DNA of 64,000 nt from positions 4,084 through 68,083 of the forward strand of contig CALLAU010000003.1 in NCBI GenBank assembly GCA_938002015.1, written 5' to 3'. The translations under genes and the position numbers were made by a program. The DNA is from an uncultured Bdellovibrionales bacterium (GTDB lineage: Bacteria > Bdellovibrionota > Bdellovibrionia > Bdellovibrionales > UBA1609). This document shows positions 18,541-29,620 of the stretch, piece after piece (within the stretch, counting starts at the first letter, position 1; each line of letters opens with the position of its first letter). Under the pieces are notes generated by a model that did no database searches, had not been told where the DNA came from, and saw only the letters and a list, made by a program, of their open reading frames with translations.

Positions 18541-19481
18541 ATTTTGATTTGGAAATAGTTAAATCTTTTTGGAATATTAATGGAGAATTAAACTTTGTCA
18601 GACAAGTTGCCAACTGGGTTTACTTCAGTCCCTCTACAGATAGTTACATTAGAATAACGAATGAAAATCATCGTTCTAAAAAGCAAATAGAATCTGAAAT
18701 ACAATGGATGTCTCATGTAAATAATTTTGAATTAAACACAGTTAGAGTTATACCTTCATCACAAGGCAATCAAATTGAAACTATCGAACACAAAAATAAA
18801 AAGTTCCATCTGATCAATCTTACAAGAGCAAAAGGGACGCGACAGATGTTACGCAATGAAGACTCAGAATTTTTTAAGAAATGGGGAGAAACTACAGCCA
18901 AACTTCACTTAGCAGCTAAAAAGTATAGCCCAAAAAATGTTGAAAGCCGCCCCATTTGGTCTGATGACTCTATCCATAAAGATATCTTAAATATAAGAAA
19001 ACCATCAGACGGTGAAATTTATAAAAAATCTCTTGAAATTGAAAATCTTATAAGCTCGTTACCAAGAGATTCAGAGTCCTTTGGACTTATACATTCAGAC
19101 TTACACACTGGAAACTTTAATGTTGATGAGAAACAAAATATTACTTTATTCGACTTTGATGACTCAGTTTATAGTTGGTTTATTTATGATATTGCAGTTA
19201 TCTTCTGGAGCTTCCAATTCAGTGAAATACAAGAGCATGAGGCCAAAATAGAGTTCTTAAAAGGTTACAGTAGTAAAAATACTCTTAATTCTATTTGGTT
19301 TGAGAGGCTTGAAAACTTTTACGCTTACAGAGTTATTCAAATTTACTATTTTGCTTTAAAAGAAATAGAAAAATCAAACTTTAATGAAAATGTTATTCAA
19401 AAATTTAAACACTCCTTAATATCAACTTATAGTTACTTTAAATTTGAGAGCAGAAACAAGCGTTTTGAGTTAAATTTTTAA
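18537..19481 (+). CDS. APH/homoserine kinase type II-like phosphotransferase
   Basis: GLIHSDLHTGN (Brenner motif), FDFDD, YDIA. Confidence 0.88.
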   Translation: MNFDLEIVKSFWNINGELNFVRQVANWVYFSPSTDSYIRITNENHRSKKQIESEIQWMSHVNNFELNTVRVIPSSQGNQIETIEHKNKKFHLINLTRAKGTRQMLRNEDSEFFKKWGETTAKLHLAAKKYSPKNVESRPIWSDDSIHKDILNIRKPSDGEIYKKSLEIENLISSLPRDSESFGLIHSDLHTGNFNVDEKQNITLFDFDDSVYSWFIYDIAVIFWSFQFSEIQEHEAKIEFLKGYSSKNTLNSIWFERLENFYAYRVIQIYYFALKEIEKSNFNENVIQKFKHSLISTYSYFKFESRNKRFELNF

Positions 19482-19791
19482 CTTGAAAAAAAATCTAAAG
19501 CATAATGATTTATAATAATCGCAAAATAATTACTTAATTGACTTTAAGGCCAAGTTCTTCTTTGATTACTTTATTATGATATTTTTGAATGCAAGAGAAC
19601 ACCAGCTGTGCTTGGCAATATGACCAACCCAACCACTTTATGATAGATAACTTAGTCCAATGAGATAGCTCTTTTTAGTTTGTGTATTAAAAAAGGTATA
19701 AAGCAATCATACATATTATATTTCGTTTAGAAGACAAGAGAACAAATTTAACGGGAAAAATTATTAAGAGCAGATTTTAAAGGAGAAATTT

Positions 19792-20565
19792 ATGAATTCA
19801 AAGAATATATTAATAACAGGCGCCACTGATGGCATTGGTTTAGAAACAGCTAGAAAACTAAAGTCACTAGGACATAACATTATTATTCATGGTCGTAGTG
19901 CTGAGAAACTAGAAAAAGTTGCTGCTGAATTAAATGCAAAATCATTTAAAGCTGATTTATCAAAGCTTTTAGAAGTAGGTGAAATGGCAAAATCTATCTT
20001 AGAAGAATATGAACAAATCGATGTTCTCATCAACAATGCAGGGGTTTTAAAAACATCACATCCTAGAACTGAAGATGGTTATGATGTTCGTTATGTAGTA
20101 AATACGTTTGCTCCTTACTTACTAACAAAGAAATTACTTCCTCTATTAAAAAATGGAAGAGTGATTAACCTCTCATCTGCAGCTCAAGCTTCAGTAGATT
20201 TTAATGCTTTGCTAGGAAAAGTTGAGATGAGTGATTTTGAAGCCTACGCCCAAAGCAAATTAGCTATTACAATGTGGTCAAGATATATGGCAGATCAAGT
20301 CGGCAGTGATGGACCTGTGATTATTGCTGTTAACCCGGCTTCACTACTTGGAACAAAAATGGTTAAAGAAGGATTTAACACTCCTGGAAATGATATTAAT
20401 ATTGGTGTAAATATTCTTACAAGTCTGTCACTAGAGGCTAAGCATGCTGAGCACTCTGGAGAGTATTACGATAATGATAATAAAAGATATGCACCACCTC
20501 AAGCTGACGGGCTTGATGATGAAAAAGCTAAACAAATTGTTGAATTAATTGAGGGGATTATATGA
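19792..20565 (+). CDS. Short-chain dehydrogenase/reductase
   Basis: [17 protein letters not shown]. Confidence 0.93.
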   Translation: MNSKNILITGATDGIGLETARKLKSLGHNIIIHGRSAEKLEKVAAELNAKSFKADLSKLLEVGEMAKSILEEYEQIDVLINNAGVLKTSHPRTEDGYDVRYVVNTFAPYLLTKKLLPLLKNGRVINLSSAAQASVDFNALLGKVEMSDFEAYAQSKLAITMWSRYMADQVGSDGPVIIAVNPASLLGTKMVKEGFNTPGNDINIGVNILTSLSLEAKHAEHSGEYYDNDNKRYAPPQADGLDDEKAKQIVELIEGII

Positions 20566-21332
20566 AATATTTTTTATTCATCTTCTTAACTTTTAACCTT
20601 CTTATAGGGTGCGCTCACACACCACAAAAAGAAGATTCTGCTAAAATCCTTTCAATTACAGATGTAAAGTGGGAGAAATTAAATCCAGCTAGAGGCAGCC
20701 AAAGCCCCCAGGCAGCAACTCTATGGGGAGATCGAAAAGGTAGCACTGCTACTGGTTTTTTAGCAAAGTTTGTAGACGGGTTTTCCTCTCCTCCTCATAT
20801 TCATAACGTCTCATACAAAGCAATAGTTATTAAGGGACTTATTCATAATGATGATCCAAAGGCTGAAAAGATGTGGATGCCAAAAAGTTCTTATTGGACT
20901 CAACCTGCAGGAGAAGCACATATTACATCTGCAAAAGGACAAACTAACATTGCCTTAGTAGAAATTGATCATGGACCATACTTAGTCAAATCAACAAAAG
21001 AAAATTTTGATAATAACGAAAGACCTTTTAACATCCATAGCTCAAATATAATTTGGAAAGTCTTTAAGGGAGTAAAAGTTGCAGATATGTGGAAGAATAA
21101 GGAAGGTCGAGTAACCGGCTCCATGGTGAAGTTTAAAAACTCTCTTAAACTTGATAGTGAAAACACATACTTAGTGTTAATTGCTGGCAGTATGATATTT
21201 CAAAAACAAAGCCTTATGCCAGGGAGTTTAATAAAAATTGATAAAAAAACTCGCTCTTATTTTTCTTGTACTCAAGAAAGTGAATGTATTTTATATATAA
21301 AATCAGATAAAAACTTTAAGCTACAAAGATAG
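20562..21332 (+). CDS. DUF4437-type cupin lipoprotein
   Basis: Lipobox [33 protein letters not shown]. Confidence 0.82.
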   Translation: MKYFLFIFLTFNLLIGCAHTPQKEDSAKILSITDVKWEKLNPARGSQSPQAATLWGDRKGSTATGFLAKFVDGFSSPPHIHNVSYKAIVIKGLIHNDDPKAEKMWMPKSSYWTQPAGEAHITSAKGQTNIALVEIDHGPYLVKSTKENFDNNERPFNIHSSNIIWKVFKGVKVADMWKNKEGRVTGSMVKFKNSLKLDSENTYLVLIAGSMIFQKQSLMPGSLIKIDKKTRSYFSCTQESECILYIKSDKNFKLQR

Positions 21333-21537
21333 GCGTCTTAGAGTTTTTCTTTACTAATTATTCTTCGTTTAGAGTATTTATTCATCATTTAGAACTTAGA
21401 ATTTAAGCAGCACTTAAAAAAAATCAAGCAGCCTTATCTTGCGCACTTCAGCAGCTCCTAAAACTAAGATCTTATTCGTGACAGTCTGCTAAATTTTAGA
21501 TTCAATACGTACCTAGCTTAAACAAAGGGATGCTTCT

Positions 21538-22521
21538 GTGCCTAAAATGAAACTTAGTGATATTAAAACAAATAATGAATACTTAAGATTAGACTCAAAT
21601 ATTGATATGCTTGCAAAAAGCATTGAGCAGGTCGGACTTATTCATCCACTTAGTGTAAATGAAAAAAATGAACTCCTTGCTGGAGGAAGAAGGTACTGCG
21701 CATTACAAAAGCTTGGTTTTAAAGAGGCAGAAGTCACTGTTATTAAAAAATCAGATCTAGAACAAGAGCTTATCTCAATTGATGAAAATTTAGTTCGCAA
21801 ATCCTTAAGTAAACTTCAATTTGAAAAATGTCTTAACAGAGGGCGCTCTATTTATGAGGAACTTAACCCTGATGCTGTAAGAGTATCTATGGATACGAAA
21901 AAATTAACTGCTGCTGAAAAAACTGAAAGAAAAGAGCAAGAACTTTTAGATGATTCATCTTTTGCTGCTGTTAGCTCTGAAAAATTAGGGCTTTCTAAAT
22001 CTGTGATTAGTGGAGCCATTAAAAGAGATGCCTTATCTTCAAGTAAAGTTAAGGAAGCTAGAAATCAAGGTGAAATTAATGCCGGGCAAGCCAATGAGCT
22101 TATTAGAATGTCTAAAAAAGACCAAGATAAAGTTCTTCCACATCTTAAAAAACACTCCATTAAAGAAATTAGGCAGTTTGTTGATACTGCATCTGAAACA
22201 AGTATTGAAGAAGCGTTAGAAGCTGATAAGAAAATTGCCAAACTTCCAAAAGAGTATGTTCAAGTTATTAACCTTAGTAAGCGCTTAAATAAAGTGCTAG
22301 CAAAAATACTAATTGAACAAATGACCTACTCAGGTACTGAAACTAATAAAATTAGTAACGAAGCACTAAAGTTAACTGATCATTTATCAGATTTTTTAGA
22401 CCTTCAAAAAAATGGTCCTCTTAAGAAGAACTCCACAAGCAAAGATTCAAACATTGATGAAGATCGTATTATTAGTTTAAATTCAGATAATACTAATAAC
22501 GGACTTCATGCAGATCTTTGA
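21538..22521 (+). CDS. ParB N-terminal domain protein (orphan)
   Basis: LAKSIEQVGLIHP, LLAGGRR, IDENLVR, followed by an HTH-like region. Confidence 0.85.
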   Translation: MPKMKLSDIKTNNEYLRLDSNIDMLAKSIEQVGLIHPLSVNEKNELLAGGRRYCALQKLGFKEAEVTVIKKSDLEQELISIDENLVRKSLSKLQFEKCLNRGRSIYEELNPDAVRVSMDTKKLTAAEKTERKEQELLDDSSFAAVSSEKLGLSKSVISGAIKRDALSSSKVKEARNQGEINAGQANELIRMSKKDQDKVLPHLKKHSIKEIRQFVDTASETSIEEALEADKKIAKLPKEYVQVINLSKRLNKVLAKILIEQMTYSGTETNKISNEALKLTDHLSDFLDLQKNGPLKKNSTSKDSNIDEDRIISLNSDNTNNGLHADL

Positions 22522-22553
22522 TACTTTGAGCTTAAAAAGAGCGACTCTATGAG

Positions 22554-22617
22554 TTGACAGGAAAGCTCTTTTTTTGCACTATATACATATTAGAACTATA
22601 ACTTCTAATATGTATAT
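22554..22617 (+). promoter_or_regulatory. Sigma-70-type promoter with overlapping 15-bp perfect inverted repeat
   Basis: TTGACA(22554)-17-CACTAT(22577); ATATACATATTAGAA-N7-TTCTAATATGTATAT at 22581-22617. Confidence 0.7.
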
Positions 22618-22635
22618 TAACTCTAAGGTATTGAA

Positions 22636-23775
22636 ATGATTAAAAGAAATCTGTCTTCTGTATTAGAAAAGCAAGCTCAAAGCTACCCTGTTGTCACTTT
22701 AACTGGCCCACGCCAGTCGGGTAAAACAACTCTTTGTAAGCATGTTTTTCAAAATTTTGAATACAAAAACCTTGAAGATCCAGAAACCCTTCTCATTGCT
22801 CAGTCTGACCCTAAAGCATTTCTCAAAACAAAGAAAGAAGGACTTATTATTGACGAGTTTCAAAGGTTTCCTAAACTAGCTTCCTATATACAAGTTATAG
22901 TCGATGAGAATAAGTCAGCAGGGCAGTTTATTTTAAGTGGAAGCCAGCAACTTGAACTCAGCCAAACCGTAAGTCAATCTCTGGCTGGGAGAACCTCTAT
23001 TCTAAAACTACTCCCTTTAAGTTATAAAGAGCTGTACAAAGAAAAAAAAGTTTCTCTAGAGGACCTTCTCTACAAAGGGTTCTTTCCACGAGTACACGAC
23101 TCAAAACTAAACCCAACTGAAGCCTTTTCATCTTATGTCAGTACTTATGTGGAGCGTGACATTCGTCAAATATCAGAAGTTCATAACTTGAGAAGTTTCA
23201 ATCTTTTTCTCAAAGTTTGCGCCTCTCAAATAGGCCAAACAGTTAACTTTTCAAAAATCAGTAATGATTTAGGAGTAAGTTATAAAACCATACAGTCTTG
23301 GCTTTCTTTACTTGAAGCCAGTTTCTTAGTTTTCACCCTTCCCTCTTATTTTAAAAATTTAAAGAAAAGAGTCATTAAATCACCAAAAATTTATTTTTAT
23401 GATATCGGTCTTGCTGCATACCTGCTTGGAGCAAAAAGCCCTGAGCATATATCCGTACTTCCTAATAAAGGCAGTCTTTTTGAAAATTTTATTGTCGCTG
23501 ATTTTTACAAACGCTCTTACAATGCCGGTATCAACCCAGAGTTTTATTTCTATAGAGACAATAGTGGTTTAGAAATAGACCTTATTGAGGACCACCCTGA
23601 AGGTCCAAATTTGTATGAAATAAAAATGGGATCTACCTATACTTCAGATTTCTCAAAGAATATAAATTCCTACATCAAAAACAATAATACAGTTCAGAAA
23701 AAATCTATTATCTATTCTGGAGATGGAGATAAAATGGTTAATAGTATTCAGCTAGTCGCTTACAATCAAATGTAA
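22636..23775 (+). CDS. AAA_14 ATPase with DUF4143 domain
   Basis: GPRQSGKT, IIDEFQ, LSGS, SLAGR, PKIYFYDIG, FEN, EIDL...EIK. Confidence 0.93.
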   Translation: MIKRNLSSVLEKQAQSYPVVTLTGPRQSGKTTLCKHVFQNFEYKNLEDPETLLIAQSDPKAFLKTKKEGLIIDEFQRFPKLASYIQVIVDENKSAGQFILSGSQQLELSQTVSQSLAGRTSILKLLPLSYKELYKEKKVSLEDLLYKGFFPRVHDSKLNPTEAFSSYVSTYVERDIRQISEVHNLRSFNLFLKVCASQIGQTVNFSKISNDLGVSYKTIQSWLSLLEASFLVFTLPSYFKNLKKRVIKSPKIYFYDIGLAAYLLGAKSPEHISVLPNKGSLFENFIVADFYKRSYNAGINPEFYFYRDNSGLEIDLIEDHPEGPNLYEIKMGSTYTSDFSKNINSYIKNNNTVQKKSIIYSGDGDKMVNSIQLVAYNQM

Positions 23776-23790
23776 GAAAAGGACACATAA

Positions 23791-24006
23791 ATGAGAGATC
23801 CTTTAGAAGGCAAAACATTAGAATCAATACTTACAGAGCTTGTTTCTGAGTTTGGCTTTGAAGAGCTAGGTCGAGTGATAGACATTAACTGCTTTAACAC
23901 TAACCCAAGTATTAAATCTAGTTTAAAATTCTTAAGGAAAACTCCCTGGGCAAGAGCTAAAGTTGAAAAACTCTACATCTATGAAATTTTAGAAAATCCA
24001 GAGTAA
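23791..24006 (+). CDS. VF530/DUF2132-family small protein
   Basis: [34 protein letters not shown]. Confidence 0.88.
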   Translation: MRDPLEGKTLESILTELVSEFGFEELGRVIDINCFNTNPSIKSSLKFLRKTPWARAKVEKLYIYEILENPE

Positions 24007-24051
24007 GTAAAAATAACGAGAAAAAAACAACAACTTCATTTAGGAAATACG

Positions 24052-24951
24052 ATGACTTATAAAAAGAGCCCTTGGGGAGAAAAAGAAAAGAAAGACTGGT
24101 TAGATGAACAGGTTATTAAACGCTCCTATTTAAATGAGGTGGTTTCTAAAATAGACTCCTTAAAAAATATGTTTGATGTAAAAAAATACGAATCTCTTTC
24201 ATATGCTCCAGAGAAGTATCCACTTTTTATTATTAAAAATTTAAACTTTGATCCACTAAAAAAGAATATATTAATAACTGGTGGCGTACACGGCTATGAA
24301 ACAAGTGGTGTTCATGGAGCATTAAGCTTCCTAGAAAAAGAAGCAAACAACTACACTAACAAGTTTAATATTATTGTCGCACCTTGCATTAGTCCATGGG
24401 GGTATGAAACCATCAACCGCTGGAATCCAGATACTATTGACCCTAATCGTTCTTTCTTTAAAGATAGCCCTTCTCAAGAGTGCAGCCTGTTAATGCAGGA
24501 GATTGCATCTATGGAAATTGAGATTTTTGCACATATTGATTTACACGAAACTACTGATACTGATAATTCAGTTTTTAGACCTGCACTAGAGAAAAGAGAT
24601 GGCATTAAACAAGAAGTTTGGGATATCCCGGATGGTTTTTATCTAGTTGGAGATTCAAAAAATCCAACTCATGATTTTCAAAAAGCAATGATTGATTCAG
24701 TTAGAGAAATAACACACATTGCTCAGGCTGATGAAAATAAAAAGCTTATAGGAAAAGAAATCACTCAAGAAGGTGTTATCAACTACCCTGTAAAAGAGCT
24801 AAAACTCTGCACTGGGTTTTCGAATGCTACATACTGCAGTACAACGGAAGTCTATCCTGACAGCCCAAGACTTAATAATGATGATTGCATAAATGCACAG
24901 GTAGCGGCAGTTCTTGGAGGATTAAATTATTTATTACGCACTTCACTTTAA
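24052..24951 (+). CDS. M14-family metallocarboxypeptidase (AstE/AspA-like)
   Basis: GGVHGYE (HxxE), DPNRSF, IDLHE, TTEVYP. Confidence 0.88.
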   Translation: MTYKKSPWGEKEKKDWLDEQVIKRSYLNEVVSKIDSLKNMFDVKKYESLSYAPEKYPLFIIKNLNFDPLKKNILITGGVHGYETSGVHGALSFLEKEANNYTNKFNIIVAPCISPWGYETINRWNPDTIDPNRSFFKDSPSQECSLLMQEIASMEIEIFAHIDLHETTDTDNSVFRPALEKRDGIKQEVWDIPDGFYLVGDSKNPTHDFQKAMIDSVREITHIAQADENKKLIGKEITQEGVINYPVKELKLCTGFSNATYCSTTEVYPDSPRLNNDDCINAQVAAVLGGLNYLLRTSL

Positions 24952-25118
24952 ACTATTTTGGCTTAAACAACACCTTAGTCTTATAAAGAGGAAGTAAGCA
25001 CCTAATATAACTCACTTTTTTTACCTAGCTCTTTAAGAGAAACGATCAAGAGTCTTTTCTTTTTAATACTAAAATAGAGGCTGTTTAATTCCGATATGTT
25101 TAATTAATGAGAAGCTGT

Positions 25119-26282
25119 ATGAAAACCATATTTTTTTTAAATCAAAAATACAGCCGATTTTTCTTAATTCTTTTAATCTTTGTTTTAAATAGCTGTAGTA
25201 GTGATTCTAAAAATGAGAACACTAACCCATCTGTAACAAGGCGATCATTTAATATGGGTTTTACACCCTGGCCATTTGCAGCAACTCTAGCTGCACAAAA
25301 TGAGATCTATAGCTTTATCGATGACAACGCTGATCTCATTGCAATACATCTAGATGGCGGAGTTCCCTGGCCAGAAGCATTAACACCAAATAATTTTGAT
25401 AACTATGGATCAGGAGTTAAAAATGAAATTAATGGCATCACTTCAAGACTTACATCACTTACAAACAAAGAAATATATTTAGGAGTAAGCCCTTTTAATG
25501 GACTAAGAGATGATAAGGCTCTTTACTGGAACACTTCAACGAATGAGTCAAATCCAAGCCCCTGGGATACCTATGATTTTGATAATAATTTTCTAGTTAG
25601 TGCTTACGCAAACTACGTTGATGAAGTCATAAAAAAAATTAATCCAAAGTATGTTAATTATGCAATTGAGATAAATGAATATTATCATAATGTTCCTGCT
25701 GACAGAACTAAACTTCAGTATTTTTATATTAATGTTTATACTATTTTAAAAAATAAATACCCAGACATTATCTTTATGACTTCTTTTACTATGTCTTCTC
25801 CGGGCTCAGTTAAAATGCAAGAAACTGCTGATTTATTTCTTCATTTAAAAGATTATCTAGATATGACCGGAATAAGTATTTATCCATATGCTTTTTTTTC
25901 TCATAGCGATAAAGGTGATCCAGCAAACCTTCCAAATAACTGGCTTTCACAAATTAGTAGTATCGCTCCAGGAAAGCCTTACTTCATAGCCGAAACAGGT
26001 TTTGTAGGCGAGTCACTTTCAATACCAGCTTTTGGATTAAATGTTACAAGTGATGAAAACAAGCAAAGAGCATATTTACTCAAACTTTTTCAAGAAGCCA
26101 ACAACTTAGATGTAGAAGGTATTGTATGGTTTAGCCCATACGATTTTGATGATTTATGGTCGAGTTCATTAAACGATGATTTATCTCTAGTTTGGAGAGA
26201 CACAGGATTAAAAGATGGCAACCAAGTTTCAAGAGCTGCTCTACAACTATGGAATGAATGGCTTAGCTACATTTTCTTATAA
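25119..26282 (+). CDS. Lipoprotein, clan GH-A-like glycoside hydrolase
   Basis: Lipobox LNSC, EINE acid/base region, GISIYP, IAETG nucleophile, DTGL. Confidence 0.7.
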   Translation: MKTIFFLNQKYSRFFLILLIFVLNSCSSDSKNENTNPSVTRRSFNMGFTPWPFAATLAAQNEIYSFIDDNADLIAIHLDGGVPWPEALTPNNFDNYGSGVKNEINGITSRLTSLTNKEIYLGVSPFNGLRDDKALYWNTSTNESNPSPWDTYDFDNNFLVSAYANYVDEVIKKINPKYVNYAIEINEYYHNVPADRTKLQYFYINVYTILKNKYPDIIFMTSFTMSSPGSVKMQETADLFLHLKDYLDMTGISIYPYAFFSHSDKGDPANLPNNWLSQISSIAPGKPYFIAETGFVGESLSIPAFGLNVTSDENKQRAYLLKLFQEANNLDVEGIVWFSPYDFDDLWSSSLNDDLSLVWRDTGLKDGNQVSRAALQLWNEWLSYIFL

Positions 26283-26558
26283 TCTACTTTTTAAATTCTT
26301 AACATGAAACATAAGCTCATTTGATACTCTTTCTATCTCATTAAGTTTTTCGGTGATCACTTCTGGCTCTAAACCAAAAAGATCAGAGATACTCACTCCA
26401 AATAATTTTGCTAATTTGGGATAAGGCTCACCAGTGATTGCTCTTCCATTTTCCCATTCACGATAAGTACTTAAACTTACTTCTAAAAACTCAGCACATT
26501 CACTTACTTTCATTTTTCTTTGAAGTCTTAATTTTTTTAACCTCTCTCCTATAGACAT
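26277..26558 (-). CDS. XRE-family HTH regulator
   Basis: IGERLKKLR...STYREWENG...LAKLFGVS. Confidence 0.9.
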   Translation of the reverse strand: MSIGERLKKLRLQRKMKVSECAEFLEVSLSTYREWENGRAITGEPYPKLAKLFGVSISDLFGLEPEVITEKLNEIERVSNELMFHVKNLKSRL

Positions 26559-26706
26559 AACCCACTCACCCCGTAATCTAAATAAGGGTAAACGCTAAAA
26601 GTATTGAGTGTAAAATTAATACTCAGACCTACTATCATAGTTAAAATTTATATAAGTCTGAGCTTGTTAATACTTAATTATTTCTTTGTTAAGTGCCTTA
26701 AATTAC

Positions 26707-27513
26707 TTACTTAAGTGCGCAAGCCTGTGTTTGAGCCCCACCAATCCAAGAAAAAGTAACTACAATTGATTCACTCACCCACTGTTGATCAAAGTTAACT
26801 GTTGGGCCTGAACTTACTGCAGCTGCTGGAGCTAGACCTGCACGCTCTGCCGCATAAGGAACATTACTCACTAAGCCTACTGAACTAATATCAACCATAT
26901 CCCACTCATAGATACATGCATTCTCAGCATAAACTGCCATTTTTCTTTGAGCGTCTAGAATTGCTTTTTCTGAAGCTTCTAAAGTAAGACTTTCTCTAGT
27001 TTCAAGGCTCCACTGTGGAGATGGTTGTCCCATAACTGCATAAGTTGCTGGATCTTTCGCATCAGAAGTTGGTTTTTGAAATTCATCAGAGTAAATTCCT
27101 TCTTGTATTACAGCAAAACGACTAGCAAAACCTGAAACATCAGAAGTCTTAAGAGTTAAAGTTGTGCTAGCTTGAAATGTGTTTACACAAACTGTCTTTG
27201 CTTGCCTTTGACCACCTTCATTTACATATACTGTTTTTGAAAACTCAGTTGCAAAACCGCCATTAGTAAAAACCCCATCATTTGAATCTTGAGATTTTGC
27301 CGTAAGAAGTAAATCATTTACTTTCTTAGCCAGTTCGTTTGCACTTCTTACAGCTTCACTTGGTTTAGCAAAACACTCAGCTTGAACTCGAACAACCAGT
27401 TGAATAAAATCACTTGGAGCTGTAACCCTTCCCGTACCACTAATTGTTGACTCTCCAGCGTAAGCAAGAAGAGATGCCGTTGATAAAATTAAAAACATAA
27501 GATTTTTTTTCAT
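26707..27513 (-). CDS. SIMPL (DUF541) domain exported protein
   Basis: Signal peptide, ISGTGRVTAPSD, A..DA.RK, terminal V.VTF. Confidence 0.75.
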   Translation of the reverse strand: MKKNLMFLILSTASLLAYAGESTISGTGRVTAPSDFIQLVVRVQAECFAKPSEAVRSANELAKKVNDLLLTAKSQDSNDGVFTNGGFATEFSKTVYVNEGGQRQAKTVCVNTFQASTTLTLKTSDVSGFASRFAVIQEGIYSDEFQKPTSDAKDPATYAVMGQPSPQWSLETRESLTLEASEKAILDAQRKMAVYAENACIYEWDMVDISSVGLVSNVPYAAERAGLAPAAAVSSGPTVNFDQQWVSESIVVTFSWIGGAQTQACALK

Positions 27514-27684
27514 ATTATTTCCTCCTAAGAAATTTATTAATTACTAGAATCTTAAACAGGATTTTTGATATAATATGATTTTTTCTTTGTGTTACTTAAA
27601 AGCTTGCATTTCACTATATAAAAGCAACCTACAAGTTTTTTAGTGTATTTTTTACTGGCAAAAGAGCCAATCTGTTATGAATTT

Positions 27685-29538
27685 TTAAATTTGATTAACA
27701 AAATCTAAAAATACTTTTTTATGAAGCTCAATATTCATATCAGGAGACATAGATACTCGGACAATATAATCTTTATCTCCTTCTTTCGTTGTACCTTGAG
27801 TAGATGTTGCTGGTATTGTCCAGTAGCAACCTTTTAACTGTCCATAGCTTACACAGTGCTTACTCTCATCTGGAATCTCATCAATCATAAGATTAATAAG
27901 CTTATAATTTAACTCTCTCTTATACATTTCTTTTTCTTCATGATCTCTTCCTTTGGTTGGAAGATCTAGAGAAAACACTGAAGGAGTAAAACCATTTTCA
28001 GCTAAATCATTTGAAACAAAATTAACTTTTGCAGCCGGCAAAGACTCTTTAATAAAGTTTACAAACTCACGCGTGTTTTTGTAAGCATCTAAAATTCGTT
28101 TATTCATCGATGGAATTTGCTTTGATAAAACTTCTACTTGAAAATCAGTAGCCTCATTATCACAAAGTTTTAAATGCTCTTTAATATTTTCCATTAAATT
28201 TTCAGATTTCTTATTTGCAACACAATAACCTGCTGTACACAAACCACCACTAGGAAACTTTGAACCACTCACATAAGAAATAGTTTTAACTTCTGAAAGA
28301 ATCTCTCCATCACCTAAAAATTCTACATTCGGGCAAAACGTTTGATCCAGTATAAAAACAGGTTCAACAGCAACTTCACCGCTTCTAGTTTCACGTTTTT
28401 TTGTAAGCACATCTTTTAACTTAGTTAAATCTGGAACCTCGACTCTTGGGTTAGTAGGGATTTCTGCAACTATGTAAGGAACTGCGTCTTCATATGAAAT
28501 TTTAGAAAGTAGAGTTTCAATACTTTCAACCATATCATTTCCACTATCAACAGGTAAATCCACAACTTCAACACCCTCAATTAAGGCTGCCACCCTTCTT
28601 GCTTGGTCATTAGTTCCACCATAACAATTTGGGGGAACAATAATTTTAATACCTTTACCTGCATGCTCTTCTTTGGCTGTATGAATCAATCCCATTAAAA
28701 TAGCATACTGTATAGAAAGGCCGCTTGAACTAAGTAGGGCCCGAGTATCTGCACCCGTAATCTTGTTAATTGAATTTAAAACAAGTTCTTTATTTTTCTT
28801 ATTCTCATCTTCATTCTCATTAAAAGGTAATATTCGGCCTTCAATTAGTTGATTTAACATCATAAGGCAATTTTGAGGCGTCATTGCAATCGTCTCTCTT
28901 CGTCTCACATGCTGAATTTCATTAATATAAGATTCATTTCTCTTATGATTAACTAAAGCAAGGCTTCCAAGCTGTGAATGCAAACTAACATAAAAATCTA
29001 TGTTTTCATTTAAAGAAAAGTTTTTAAATTCATTTTGTTCAATAATAGCAATTATACTTCCATCAAAGCCTTGAACCTCTCTTAAATCATCTACCTTTAC
29101 TAATTCAAATTTAAATCCGTAAACATCTTTTAAGATTTGAGATTTAAAAAAGCTTGGAAGCTCATTCATATAAATAATTTTTGTACTCTTATTATCTAGT
29201 AAGTTCTTTCTTAAAATGGCTAAAACAGGCATCATCTTAGAAGAAAAGCTAATGACATTCTTTGGCTCTAAGTTACTTAAACTTGCTACCGCCCACTCTA
29301 GTAAACATGACAGTGGGTGTCCTAGTCTAATATAATCAAAAGCCGTTGGAAGCTTCTCTAGAGCCGGTTCTTTAAAGTTATTTTCATTAAAAAGATTCTC
29401 TAATTTTTCTAAAAATTGAAACTTTGCTAAACTTTCATCATAGATATCAAGTCTATGGGTCGTCTTATTAAGCCAACCTTCTGGCATATTCTTTAATACG
29501 TTTTTTACATATTCTAATACTTCACTATCATTTTTCAT
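27685..29538 (-). CDS. Extended PLP-dependent Cys/Met-metabolism family enzyme
   Basis: DYIRLGHP, SSSGL, CYGGT, EIPTNP, LDQTF, SGSKFPSG (PLP Lys). Confidence 0.85.
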   Translation of the reverse strand: MKNDSEVLEYVKNVLKNMPEGWLNKTTHRLDIYDESLAKFQFLEKLENLFNENNFKEPALEKLPTAFDYIRLGHPLSCLLEWAVASLSNLEPKNVISFSSKMMPVLAILRKNLLDNKSTKIIYMNELPSFFKSQILKDVYGFKFELVKVDDLREVQGFDGSIIAIIEQNEFKNFSLNENIDFYVSLHSQLGSLALVNHKRNESYINEIQHVRRRETIAMTPQNCLMMLNQLIEGRILPFNENEDENKKNKELVLNSINKITGADTRALLSSSGLSIQYAILMGLIHTAKEEHAGKGIKIIVPPNCYGGTNDQARRVAALIEGVEVVDLPVDSGNDMVESIETLLSKISYEDAVPYIVAEIPTNPRVEVPDLTKLKDVLTKKRETRSGEVAVEPVFILDQTFCPNVEFLGDGEILSEVKTISYVSGSKFPSGGLCTAGYCVANKKSENLMENIKEHLKLCDNEATDFQVEVLSKQIPSMNKRILDAYKNTREFVNFIKESLPAAKVNFVSNDLAENGFTPSVFSLDLPTKGRDHEEKEMYKRELNYKLINLMIDEIPDESKHCVSYGQLKGCYWTIPATSTQGTTKEGDKDYIVRVSMSPDMNIELHKKVFLDFVNQI

Positions 29539-29620
29539 AAAAATACACCCTTCACTCACTCAATTACGCATGCAGATTAAATGTTTTTATCTAATTTAAT
29601 ATGGCCTTCTTAATCAAAAT

